A stretch of DNA of 64,000 nt from Chlorokybus atmophyticus. Taxonomy: Eukaryota; Plantae; Mesostigma and Chlorokybus algae. The notes under the pieces are model-generated. The model searched no databases and was not told the DNA's origin. It saw only the letters and a program-made list of their open reading frames with translations. Of this stretch, positions 29,393-41,764 are shown piece after piece. The stretch spans positions 194,472 through 258,471 of the forward strand of contig RHPI01003330.1 of assembly GCA_009103225.1 (NCBI GenBank), read 5' to 3'. Each line of letters opens with the position of its first letter. The stretch's first letter is position 1. The position numbers and the translations under genes are program-made.

Positions 29393-31576
29393 ATGGGTAG
29401 CGCCAGGTTGCTCTGGGCCTGCTTATTGCTATCCCTCTCGTCCGCGGTGTTGGTGTTGGCAGCGGACCCCGAGTGGCGCGCCATCGACGGCAGCAACAAC
29501 AACGCCGCGAACCCGACATGGGGAGGACCCAACATGGGCGTCCTACAGACAGAGTAGGATGATGTTGTTGTTGTTGATGATGATGACGATGGTGATCTTG
29601 ATGCGGATGATGACGAGTGTTGAGTGTGTTGTGTTGTGTGCGCAGTGGCATCTTCTTTGGTGATGGAGTGAGTTCGATGGGCGGGCAGGGCCGTCCCAGC
29701 GCGCGTGCCATCAGCAACGCAGTGTGCGCCCAGGCAAGTGGTTGACACAGCCACCAACATTGCCAACAACATCACATTGCCTTCCTGCTTGTAGACTATG
29801 CTCAAAATCACACATCAACACGCAGAATGGTTCGGTCCCGAACTGCTACGGGGTGTCCGACTTCCTGTGGGCGTGGGGCCAGATAGTGGATCACGATATC
29901 ACGCTGATCCCTGATAATGTCAAGGACGAGCCCAATTCGCTGATCACCGTGCCGGCCGGTGACCCGCAATTCGACCCTAAGGTGCGTGTGCGTGTGCGTG
30001 TGCGCGTGCGCGTGCGCGTGCGTGTGTGTAGTTGATTGCGTGCGTGAGTGCATTCGCATGTTTCACGCGCGCACATACGCACCCACACCCACGCTTGCAC
30101 GAGCGCGTATACTTATGTATGTGCGCGCACATTTGTGGACTTGCGCCGGCGTGTGTGTCACCTGTGCCTGTGCGCGTGTGAGTGTCTGCGTGCGTGGAAA
30201 CGTCGTCGTTGGAGCTTTCCATGCAATTAAGTGTCTCAACCCGATGCGCAGGGCAACGGGAATGTGGTGATCCCGGTGACCAGGACCGCTTACATGAAGG
30301 GCAGCAAGCCGAGGTGCCCTATGAACGTCAACAGCGCGTGGCTCGACGGCTCCATGCTGTACGGCTCCACAGCCGATCGCGCCAAATGGCTCCGCAGCGG
30401 AGTGGTAAGCACGCATGTCATGGGTTATGCCATCACATGCCGCAAGTTGTGTCAATGCAGCACATGAACACGCACGCACGCACGCACACACACACAGGGC
30501 GGTGGGATGAAGACGACAGCTGGCAACATGCTTCCCCTGAACGACGGTACCGTTGCGAACAAGGGCGGTCCCAACATCACCGACCTCTCACCCCGTCTCT
30601 ACGTCGGCGGGGACATCCGCGTCAATGAGCACGCCGTCCTGCACGCGATGCACACGCTCCTAGTCAGAGAACACAACTACCAGGTACATACCCACTACTC
30701 ATCAACACCATCATCAACATACTAATAAACTATTAGGCGTCGGAGGTGGCGAAGGCGAACCCGAAGTATACGGATGAGCAAATCTATCAGTACGCGAGGC
30801 GGATGGTGACGGCGGAGATACAAGCAATCACTTACAACGAGTTCTTGCCCAAACTGCTGGGAAGCATGGCGCCGGGGCCGTATGCCGGTACGCGTGCATG
30901 TGTGTGCATGTGCGTTTGTACGAGTGTATGTACGCGTGCGCGTGCAACTGTGCTTCCACTTACCAACGCATTGCGCGAGTTTGTAAAAGCTCATACCGGT
31001 AGCTGCTTCACCTACTGTCACATAACACTAGTATTATCACACTGATACGATTTGCACCATGTGTGACGATTGAGTTCGTGTGTGGGCAGGCTACGATCCG
31101 ACCGCCAACCCGCAGATGCTCAACACCTTCTCGTCGGCGATCTTCCGCCTCCACACATTCATCAGCGACACGATCCTGTTGCTCGACGACGCCGGCAACC
31201 ACACCTTCGGTAAGAAGAGAGACATACTCTATTCTATGTGTGTGATGTAACAACTTGTGACAACACGTGTTGTTATGTATGTACAGGGAGTCCGTTTCCA
31301 GTGCGCTCGATCTTCTTCGACCCAACCTTCGTCCCACGCGTCGGCATCGACCCCATCCTGCGCGGCCTCGCCGCACAAGCGTGCCAGGCCTCGGATGCCA
31401 AGGTGGACAACAAGAAGTTGTTGTTGTTGTTGTGGGGTGCTGATGCATTGCTATGCTATGCTTATGCAGCTTGTTGAGAGTCTGCGGAGCTTTCTGTTTG
31501 GTCAGCCAGGCAGCGGCGGGTTGGACCTCGCTGCCATCAACATCCAGCGCGGCAGAGAGCAGGTAAAATAGACGTG

Positions 31577-31638
<62 letters not shown>

Positions 31639-32226
31639 NNNNNNNNNNNNNNNNNNNNNNNNNNNNNNNNNNNNNNNNNNNNNNNNNNNNNNNNNNNNNN
31701 NNNNNNNNNNNNNNNNNNNNNNNNNNNNNNNNNNNNNNNNNNNNNNNNNNNNNNNNNNNNNNNNNNNNNNNNNNNNNNNNNNNNNNNNNNNNNNNNNNNN
31801 NNNNNNNNNNNNNNNNNNNNNNNNNNNNNNNNNNNNNNNNNNNNNNNNNNNNNNNNNNNNNNNNNNNNNNNNNNNNNNNNNNNNNNNNNNNNNNNNNNNN
31901 NNNNNNNNNNNNNNNNNNNNNNNNNNNNNNNNNNNNNNNNNNNNNNNNNNNNNNNNNNNNNNNNNNNNNNNNNNNNNNNNNNNNNNNNNNNNNNNNNNNN
32001 NNNNNNNNNNNNNNNNNNNNNNNNNNNNNNNNNNNNNNNNNNNNNNNNNNNNNNNNNNNNNNNNNNNNNNNNNNNNNNNNNNNNNNNNNNNNNNNNNNNN
32101 NNNNNNNNNNNNNNNNNNNNNNNNNNNNNNNNNNNNNNNNNNNNNNNNNNNNNNNNNNNNNNNNNNNNNNNNNNNNNNNNNNNNNNNNNNNNNNNNNNNN
32201 NNNNNNNNNNNNNNNNNNNNNNNNNN

Positions 32227-32273
<47 letters not shown>

Positions 32274-32680
32274 CGTGTTCGTGTGTTACTCATTCACTCA
32301 CTCACTCACCCACTCTTGTCTCAAAACTGATCGTCTTCCCTGCAAAGGTGACCGCTTCTGGTACGAGCGCATTTTTGACAAGTCCACAGTGGCTCAGATC
32401 AACCAGGTACAAGCTTTCTGTCCTTTACCTCTACGCATGCACAAGTGGTGGTCACAGAGTTCACACAGAGCTTCCCCTTATCTTGCAGGTGAAGCTCTCC
32501 GACATCATCCTCCGCAACACCGACATCTCCAGTCTCCAGCGCGACGTGTTCACGGCCAGCCGCGTGGGCGCGACCCCGCTGCCGTGCGACTGCGGCCGAC
32601 ACTGCATCGCGAGCAAGTGCTCCGGATGCGCCTGCGCATGCGCGTGCCAGAAGGCGTGCATCGCCAAGAACGCTGCTTGA
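29393..32680 (+). CDS. Secreted heme peroxidase of the peroxidase-cyclooxygenase (animal/MPO-like) superfamily; interrupted by an assembly gap
   Basis: Signal peptide [47 protein letters not shown], distal [51 protein letters not shown], proximal [34 protein letters not shown]; stop 32678-32680. Confidence 0.9.
31576..32263. repeat. (AC)n microsatellite, N gap (31639-32226) and (CT)n microsatellite inside the peroxidase gene
   Basis: Directly visible. The missing peroxidase exon(s) between QRGRE and GDRFWYE are probably in the gap. Confidence 0.95.
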
Positions 32681-33679
32681 GCAGTCGTGGAAGGAGATGT
32701 GGCGCGTGTCAAACGGCTTGGTGGGCACGACATTCTTTTATTGTTGTATTCTGCCTCTTTACTTGGGCTGCACTGCGGTAGAATGCACGCGTATAGAGCT
32801 GCAGTCACAGCAAGATAACCAGCTCACACATGAATGAGTATATATTTGTAGAGTAGTAAAGCAAGTCAAGCACGTGTACTAGTGGAGACCAATAGCACAA
32901 CAAGCACGTGCAGTATGTATGTGCTTGTTGTGCCAAGTGTGTATTGTATGTCACTCATTGAGTGCCAAATATTTATGTTTATACACCGCAGAGTAGTGTG
33001 GGTATGTTGTTGGTATGCACAGCGCTTGGTCGTAAGAGGTCTCTTGTCCCCCATCACTCTCCACTACCTGCTCCGCTTGTCACTGGTATGAATTCCTGCT
33101 TGTGGTGCTGCTTGTTGTGCATTTGGATTACATCTTTGCCCTGCGACTTATACCTGATGCGCGCGTCGCTGATGAGTTGCAGGAAGCCAGACCCAGGGCT
33201 TATGAGTCACGTGCAGCGAATGCACTGGTTGCGACATGGAGGAATAGCTTAGAGCATAACAGATGGTGTTGACAGTGCACTGATGGCAGCATGCCAATAA
33301 AAGCTTTCATAACAAGACGGACACCTGCGTGGTGGTACAAAGGCCCAAGCCAACATAGATGGCTTGGTAAAGCAGCAACAATGTGCACAACTTGCTGTAG
33401 CTGCCATGGACATGTGCTTTCAATTAACTACAGCATCACCATGCACACATCCGAGCCCTTACACATGTTCATGTCCACACAGTGACAGATTGACACAGCA
33501 AGGCACCGGTATGCAGCCGCATTCGCACACAGTGCAGACCTTCAGGCAAGAAGCGGGCAACTTCAATTCAAAGTCAACAAGCAACTCAATGCAAGCACTC
33601 CAAGGAGCTTCCAGCCACAGAACTGCCAAGGAGCAGTCTGCGTTGGTGGTGTTAAATCCGCGAGGACAGCGGATTACAC

Positions 33680-35181
33680 TTAGTAGACGCGCAGGGGTGG
33701 TCCCATAGTGCTCTTGATGTACAGCGACTTGACCTGCACGGAGCATTGCACGTACCACCATCAGCAACTGACGTGGTTGAGGCACATTGATGCTGCACAA
33801 ACACACACAGACAGCTTGATGTCGACAAACACCTTGAGCACTACTTACGTTTTGCCAGTTCTTCTTGAGCAATGACACCAAGAAGTTGACTGACAGAGTG
33901 ACATTGGAGAAGATCTCCTTGTCGCTCATGCCCACGTTGCCAACAGCAACACCCAGGCACAGCACCTTCTTCAGCTGGAACTTGACACTGCTCTTGACCT
34001 CATTGACCTTCTCCGCCAGGTTGTCGGAGTGGGTCACAAGGGTTGGGAACTTACCAGCCTTGTTCAGACCGGGGCCAAGGAGCCTGGGGATCTGCTTGAT
34101 GACAGCCTCAGAAGCAAGGAAAGCGTTGTACTTCTTGGCTGTTAACATGCAACGTCAGTGTGCGATAAAACAGCACGAACACGTAGCCGTCACGTCTCAA
34201 TACTCACCGAGCTTCTTGACAAGCTTCTTGTTCTTGTTCATCTTCTTCAGGGCCTCAACATCCATAGCATCGATGCCAACTGCCTTTGCCTGTGACCACA
34301 TGTCAATATCAGTCAGCGCTACAAGCAAGGACCTAGGCTGGTATACAACCAATTGACGCACGAAGAGAACAGTCTACCAACAGCTGTGTGACACAGTGTG
34401 GCATTCAATTGTCTACAATTTCATCCAATCCGCATTACCTCATCACAATGCTGTGCGTCTCCAAGCATGCACACGCGCAGCTTTGGCCTGGGAACATTGG
34501 GAAGGCGCACAGTGCCAGCGAAACGCTTATCCTTCTGGGGGTCGTAGTTCTTCAGACCAATCTGCAATTCAATGGTCTCCACAAAATTCCTCTTCTTCTC
34601 AGTGCTGTTGGACAGCACTGATGTGATGCACTCGCGCAACACATCGCTCTGGAGCTTGCTGCTGAACGGCATGAATTAGTGTATGAGGCAACAGAACCGC
34701 ATGATAGCTATGGCGTCGTAGCGCCAGCACATGTAACATGTGTAGCTTAAATGATAACACCGCCACTGTAGACAACAAAGAAGCTTGTGCAGCAACTCTC
34801 CCCTGCAGCAGGAGGGCAAGCGCTGTACGCAGATAGCAAACATGCATAGCTTCGTCACCCATGTTGATGCTTGATATGCTTTACTGCTAACCAGCCCTGA
34901 AATTGAACACTCTACTGCGCTTGCAAAACAAAAAACTTGCTGACTGTAGCTTTTGCACTCAACGCCCAGCATCATAACCCAGCATTACGATCCAACACAG
35001 TCGTCAGCTAGCCAAAAACGGGAATCGCCTCATTCCACTCCAAAGCCCCGGAGCAAACCCTCCCCAAACCCTAAACCAAGCTCTGCCGGCGCTGAAATCC
35101 AGCTGCGCCGCCGTCAAGCGACCCCTGTTATACAAATATAGACACACACATACACACCAGCGCATACTCCGCTCACCTCAT
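33680..35181 (-). CDS. RPL10A: 60S ribosomal protein L10a (uL1)
   Basis: ATGAG|C..: [13 protein letters not shown]...[32 protein letters not shown]...[31 protein letters not shown]...[10 protein letters not shown]|[17 protein letters not shown]. The 5-nt first coding exon is 35177-35181. Confidence 0.97.
35066..35075 (+). promoter_or_regulatory. Telo-box (AAACCCTAAA) in RPL10A intron 1
   Basis: Exact plant telo-box motif near the 5' end of a ribosomal-protein gene; function is inferred from land plants. Confidence 0.5.
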
Positions 35182-35645
35182 GGTTGCCGACTTTGTTGTT
35201 GGGGTTGCCCGGGGGGTGCGTGCGGGGATGGCTGCAAAGAGACCAGAGGCTGAGGCCGCCGCCGACTGATAAGCCTTGCCGGCGCTGGGCGCATATGAAC
35301 CGTCTATTTGGTCCTGAAGAGCGGAGACTCTAGCCGTTGGATCTGCTTGGGAAACTAGTGCTGTGTCTCCGCGTCGGCGTCACGCTTGTGTCGCGGCGTC
35401 ACTTGTTGAAGTGAATTATTGAGTGTGACCGTGCGCAAGCGTAACGTTGCTAGCAAACACAAGCAAGCAACGGACTGTTTTGGGACGGGCCGGCCCACAC
35501 GTGAGCGGGAGGGACGGGCCAGGCCACGCCAGGCCGGGCCAGGCCAGGGTGAGGGTTCCACTGGGCCGGGTTGTTGGCCTTTGTCTCGCTTGCTGTTAGG
35601 CTGTACCTGGGTTGTAATAGTGCAACACGTAGTGCGCTGCTTGCA

Positions 35646-35795
35646 CACAAGTTGCACGTCGGCTAGGCCAGGCCAGGCCAGGCCAGGCCAGGCTTTGAGG
35701 AGCATGCCTGATTGGGAGTGGGATGCCTAGCCTCTCGATCGTTCTTTAAGAAGATGTGCACACAGCTGGCTAGAGGGTCTGTAGGGTAAGCTGAG
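35646..35795 (+). repeat. 150-bp dispersed direct repeat, copy 2
   Basis: Identical to 29229-29378; lies in the RPL10A/kinesin divergent region, 53 nt before the kinesin ATG. Confidence 0.9.
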
Positions 35796-35848
35796 GCCTG
35801 CACGTACAACAACGCCCGTGAGCCCGTCCACGGCCAGCTGTGTTAGCC

Positions 35849-38800
35849 ATGCCGTCGTTGACGTACCAGCCGCTACCGCTGGAGCTGCTGGCCATGTGCG
35901 ACGACCTGGAGGCGCTGGGCGGCGGCGGTGCTGCGCGGGTGGGCCACGTCGACCTCCACGTCCGGGTGCGTGCCCCGCCGGCTGGCCTGCCCCGGTCCTA
36001 CATCTCCGTGGACAGCAACGGACTGACCATAAGGTTGATTTGTCAGTGCAGTCCTTGATTTGACATGCAGCTTGTGGATCTCGCCGAAGTACAGTAGAGT
36101 GAAGTAAAGTAAAGTTCATTACAAATGTCGTCCTATATACGACACACAACTGTTTGAGCAATACACAGTGAGCTATCGTCACTACCATTACTAAACTGCA
36201 TCTTTTCGGCAGATTACCTGGTTCTGTTGCTAGTTTTAAGACATATTGTTCGTGGGGCTCTTGCGTAGGGCTCTTCAACTTTGGCCGCTCCAATGGACGC
36301 ATACTACTACTGACATTGCGCAGTACAAATCATCCAACTCTTCATCCATGCGCATAGGTCTGTCATGGACAGAAACCTTGTCAGTGGGATTGCGTGGACT
36401 ATGCCATGTCACACACAAGAGTAGACCACTTGATGTCCTATCTGGTTTTGCTGGGGTGGCCGCAATACAATGCAAGGCCACAGTTGTTGCAAATTTCAAG
36501 GACACAAAAGTTGACCACATGCCGCCAGTGCAGCAGCACTCTCGCTGGTCTGGCACGTATACACGCACGATCAGGTCAAGGACACAGCTACCACAGTCGT
36601 GCTGCAGCTGCTTGTGTGAGGATGAATGACCACACAGCGGTTGTAACCATCCCCTCTGGCTGCCATGCATGCAGGGACCCGCGATGCGGTGATGATGTTC
36701 CTGCATCCCATAGTTTGCGTCGCTTCAAACTGCCCAACTGTCTTGGACCATCATCAACACAGGAGGTGAGGCTGGAAGTTCGCAAGACGAGCTGATTCGG
36801 CAACAGACTGCCTTCAATGGTGCTAATTCACACCGGCTTGCAGGACGTTTACACTTCCGTTGGAAAGCCAGCACTGGACTGGGTTTGGAGTGGGTTCAAT
36901 GCAGCGGTAGTTGCATTTGGACAGACAGGCGAGTGGCAATCTTGTCATACCATGCCTGTTTGCTCGCAGAATGCTCATGCTTATTGCTACTCCTCCAGGT
37001 ACTGGCAAGACGCACACGCTGTATGGCGTCAACCACGGAGAGCCTAATGCAGGGTTGGTGTCCCGGTGCCTCAGCGCATTGTTCACTCGCACATCAGGCA
37101 GGTTACTCTTTGCGTCTGATAGCCATAGCAAAGGGCTTACCGCTCTGTTTTTCTGAAGCTGTCGAAGGGACGTACTCCATTGGGTTGTGCTGCTGGGAGC
37201 TCCGCGGTGCAGCTGTTGTTGACCTGTTGTCGCCAAGCACTGGTGAGAGTTCGAGTTCTTAGACTTACACAGAGTGGTTTCTTGAAGTAGTGTCAACCTG
37301 ATCGTAGTTGTCCGGCAGACATTAACGCTGCACACAAGACAACTTCCCCGAGGCCTGTGTGTGTGACTTCAAGTTTACAAGCGCTTGAAGCTCTAGCCAA
37401 GGCACAACGTGCCAGCCTGAACTGGACTCAAAAGTGCTCAGGTGGGATAGTACCTTTGAATGCTGTGCACAGGCTTGCTGTTGCAGCGTTGGCACAATAA
37501 GCGAGACTGACTGTGGTCTTGGCAGGCATGCCATCAACGCCATTACCCAACCGCGCACATATGTTTACTCAAGTAATGCTGTACAGCCACGAACATCGCC
37601 GTGTGAGCTCGCTGCATGTAAGCAAACGAACTTGCTAGCCAATTGAAACTGGCTTTGAGCAACAACATCAGAGGGTTGACAATTATGTTGCCACAGGTTG
37701 TTGACCTCGTTGGCTTCCAGCCACTGTCTGCTCGTCATACTTCGCCTTGGCAAGCACCCGAAGCAAGTGCAGGTGGCACAGGTATGTTACTGTGCTGAGG
37801 GTATACTCTCAGGGGCGTCGTGTAACTTGTGACCACTCTATTGCTTCACAGCGCTAGCGATGCAAACTGAGCGAGACCGCCGGCTGGCCAGCCAACAGCT
37901 CCTCGGGTTCACGCGTTTGATATCGGAGATGTCTCAACGCTGCGGCAGCCAAAAGCCGTCGAGCACTGCTCCTCTTGTAACGGGCCGAGACTCAGCCCTT
38001 GCACAACAGGTGAGCGTACTGTTGTAGTGTAGTACCCATCCTTTGTATGGCAGTTGGTTAGCATGTTTCGGACTTGCATTGCTTCTTATTAGAATACAAT
38101 AACTACTTGAACTGAGAGTTAATTGTTAACGGAATATGCCACATACAAAACTACATGTTTCAAAGTGATGCTCCGTTCTTGGCTGATGTCGCTGTTGTAG
38201 ATTGGCACTCTCCTTGCGGGCAACTGCAAGACGCATCTCTTGGCGACTGTTTCCTTTAAAGAGGCAGATTACCTTGACACCGTCAACACGCTGCGGATGC
38301 TGTCTCGTGCGCGACCCATCTATACGCCTTGCATGCAGACACAGAACGTGTCGCTGGCTTCGCTCAACTTGCTGCCAGGCGAGCAGGTCCTAAGCGCCAT
38401 CGAGCAGCAGCCCATAAGTGCGACCATGACTCCAAAACAAATAACGTCTAGCAAGCTTGCCAGTGAGCAACGCTTCATGCAGCCGACTACTCCTCCTGTC
38501 CGGCAAGCAGCAGAGCCGTCCACTGCTGTGGCTCGTCGCAGTCAGGTTATTGCAAAGGCCGAACACGCTGTCAACACTTATGCCAAGGACAGCTATGCCA
38601 GCACGCTGTTGAAAACCAATATATCCCGCACGGACGAGCTGAGGTTGAGCTGGCGAGATTTAATACCAAAAGATGCAGCACACAGCACGGAAAGCGCTGA
38701 CAGCGATGGAGAGATGCAAAGCGAGTTGGAAACTGCGTCATACACAGACTCTGCAGAAAGCCCAGCCATGACCAAACGTGATGCCGTGCATGGTTCGCTG

Positions 38801-40794
38801 TCTCCTTTGGGTGTTGCTACCCATGGGCACCCAACCAAGCAGCATCCTGCTGGGGACTTGAAGACCTTCAGTTGGGAAGAGAACACCAAGTCTAAACCAA
38901 AGCTGTTTACAAACAGCGTTTTTGAAGCGGAGCCATCCATAAGCAGCACCACCCTGCAAGACGAGTACCTATCGTCTGTGCAGCACAAGCGGCATGACCG
39001 AGGCAAGACTGTCCAGGATGATGGTCTGCGCTCAGCTGGCACTGAGACTCGCAGCCGCACCAAAGCAAGCGCACCCATGTGGGAACTGGCAGACCAGCAC
39101 AGTGGACGCTCGGCTGAGGAGCTGGATGACCATCTGCGGTCATTGAAGCAGCAGTTCCGGCGTCTATACGCGTCGACCATGGATGAGGAGTTGACAGAGG
39201 ACAATGATTCGCCTGATGACAAGCAACCAAGCACACCTAATACCAATGAGCGTCCTCTGGCAAGTCCTGAGGGTTATGCACAAGCACCTCATGATGCAGG
39301 TCAGGCTTCTGGCATGGCTGTATCACGGCAAGGCGTGCACACTCCTGCAGAGAGGTTGCCTGCGACAGCTGTCACCAGCGCTTGCCAAACAATGTCAAAC
39401 CTGCCCACTGAAGCGCAGCTCGAAAACTTGGCCGCCGAGAATAAGCAACTGAATCAGAACTATGAAGCGGTGCTGGCCATGCTGCATCGCGAGGGCAAGC
39501 TGCGCGAGCGGCATGCCGCAAGGGTTCAAGAGCTAGAAGGGGAGCTAATGGAGTGTTCCACGAGTTACGAGGTGAAGCTCGACAGTCTGAAGCTAAAGAT
39601 GCTGGACCTTCAGTCCAAGTGTCGCCTGCTCGAAGCTGGCACCGGGTTTACGGACCTGTTTGAAAAGTATGATAGGGAAGTAGCAGCGCTTACATCAGAT
39701 ATGGAGAGACTCCGGCAGGAGAATGCTTCACTGTATGAGGACTTGTACAGGGGGAGTCAGCGAATCACTGAACACTTGGTTGGCAAGGAGTTCAAGGGTG
39801 ATGATACGCGCATAGCCAACATGAGAAGGACGATGCGGAGGTTGCAGACTGAGAACATGTCTCTGTCAAAGGAGCTCACGGAACTGCACCAGAAAGACCG
39901 GCAGTACGAGTTGCACAAGCGCACCGCAGAAGAGACTACGCGGAAGCTCAGCAAGCTGCAAAGGTTTGGCATCTGTTGAAGTTTGCGTGGTGTAGCCAAC
40001 CTCACCCAACCCAAGACCACCGACTCTCATCGTCGTGCATTGCTCGTTGCTAAAGTTGATGGCATTGGTATTGTAGGGACATGGGCATCAAGGACGATGA
40101 ACATCAGGCGCAAGGCCTGTTGATGGCGCGCTTACAAGGGCGGTTGCAGGTATGTCAACGGAACAACACCTGAATGTTCTGACGCGTCTCTGTTATATCC
40201 GTACTGAGTGTCTATAAACTCTTCGTAAGTCCGAATAGTGGTCTCAGGCCAGCGATACACATTCTTTCAGGTCCTTGTTGCACTGTGAGAAATAAATATT
40301 AGACTCTTGGATGTTTGAGGCTGATGAGATTGTTGGTTGTGCAGATTGCTGAAGCAGCCATAGAAGCTGCACGCCAGTCAGAGAGCGATCTGTGTCAGCA
40401 GCTGCAGGACATGTCAGAGACGGCTCGCGCCTACAAAGAAGAGCTGCAGAGAATCAAGCAGCAAGCGCGGAAAGAGACAATACTTGCGAGGCTGGACAGG
40501 TCAAGGACCATCCCGACAAAGCGCGCATCTAGCGGTTACATGTATTGCATCGACCTCGTGCACAAAGTTGAGCGTGAAGTTCCCAGCTCACCGCGTATTG
40601 TGTCATTGGTGGAGCGGCTACTCAAAGAACTGGAAGTATGCCGCTGTAGTTGTTGCTCGTTTGCATCATGTAATCTTTATTGCTGCACACGCTGCTTGAT
40701 GCAATGTAACTTCTTGCAGGCCCAACAGCAGGAGCTGCAGACAGCAAGAGCCCGCGAAGAAAAACTTCTTGTCATGCTGTCATCATCCGACTAA
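35849..40794 (+). CDS. Divergent kinesin-motor-domain protein with long coiled-coil tail
   Basis: LHVRVR, GPSSTQE-DVY, GFNAAVVAFGQTG|TGKT (P-loop), WELRG..VVDLL, RDS, ATVS...DTVNTLRMLSRARPI, then a 579-aa ORF with coiled coil; ends LLVMLSSSD*. Confidence 0.8.
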
Positions 40795-41764
40795 CAACAC
40801 TCACAGGCTGTGGAATAGACTGCTAACACACACGCGTGCGCACGCACCCATGCATGCACACTCACGCTGTTTTTCACGTAAGCATGCCTGCCTGCTCATG
40901 GCCTTCTGTTGACAATCAAACACAAGCACAGGTCCCATACGACACTGTGGTTGCATGACGGGACACGTTCACAGAGCTACGCTCTCATTGAAAGCATGCA
41001 GGTACGCAATGTGCAGTTTCACAACTGTGTACAATGATGGCACCTGTGCAACAACTTGCAACAGCTAGTTATACAATGAGCTGCTAGAATGCATGTTCTT
41101 CAGTTGTGCATTGCAACCATTGTCTCAACTTTGGTGGTTGTCACAGTGAGACATTACGCTGAGCACTTGCTTCCCTCAGCAAGGTGCTCTCTGTGAACGC
41201 GCAGGCTGGCTAGTGATTGAGCTGGATTGCGCTGCATGGGCATGGCACAGAGATTACTGTGTACAGCAAATCCAGGCCACAGTTGCGCATGCATATAACA
41301 TGCAACACACCACGCTCACCTGCATGCTACATACAAGACCACCGAACTACCCAGCACTTGCGCACTGCCTACCTTCTACCACTATTCCCCCCACCCCCCC
41401 CTTTTAGTCATGTGTGCATAATACATGCAGACCACATGCACACTCTGCATCATGGTTTCGTGAATGCAGGCATGCACGATAACAGGGCAGGTAGAGTTTC
41501 ACAGCTACCATGACTACATGGAGGCAGCGGGAGGCACAGCAGATCTTCACCGTATGGGCGGCACTGATGCCAACAGCAGACCAGTTTGGGCTTCACTGCG
41601 AGACATGCACACATAATTGTTGCTCATATTACCGAAGCACAGCACCACAACTGTACTCTCTTGCTAGGACACTAGCTTCGATGCACACAGAAGTCAACAG
41701 CTGTTGCTGTTGGAGGGAGACTGCTTGTGAATGCCTGCATGCGTCCATAACCTACTGCTAATCC

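Noticed and set aside
31574-32293. Long ORFs of 368 and 238 aa
   Set aside because: They read through microsatellites and a 588-N gap.
34290-34438. Possible intronic C/D snoRNA in RPL10A intron 2 (TGGATGA...CTGA on minus)
   Set aside because: Imperfect box C, no convincing terminal stem and no recognisable rRNA guide.
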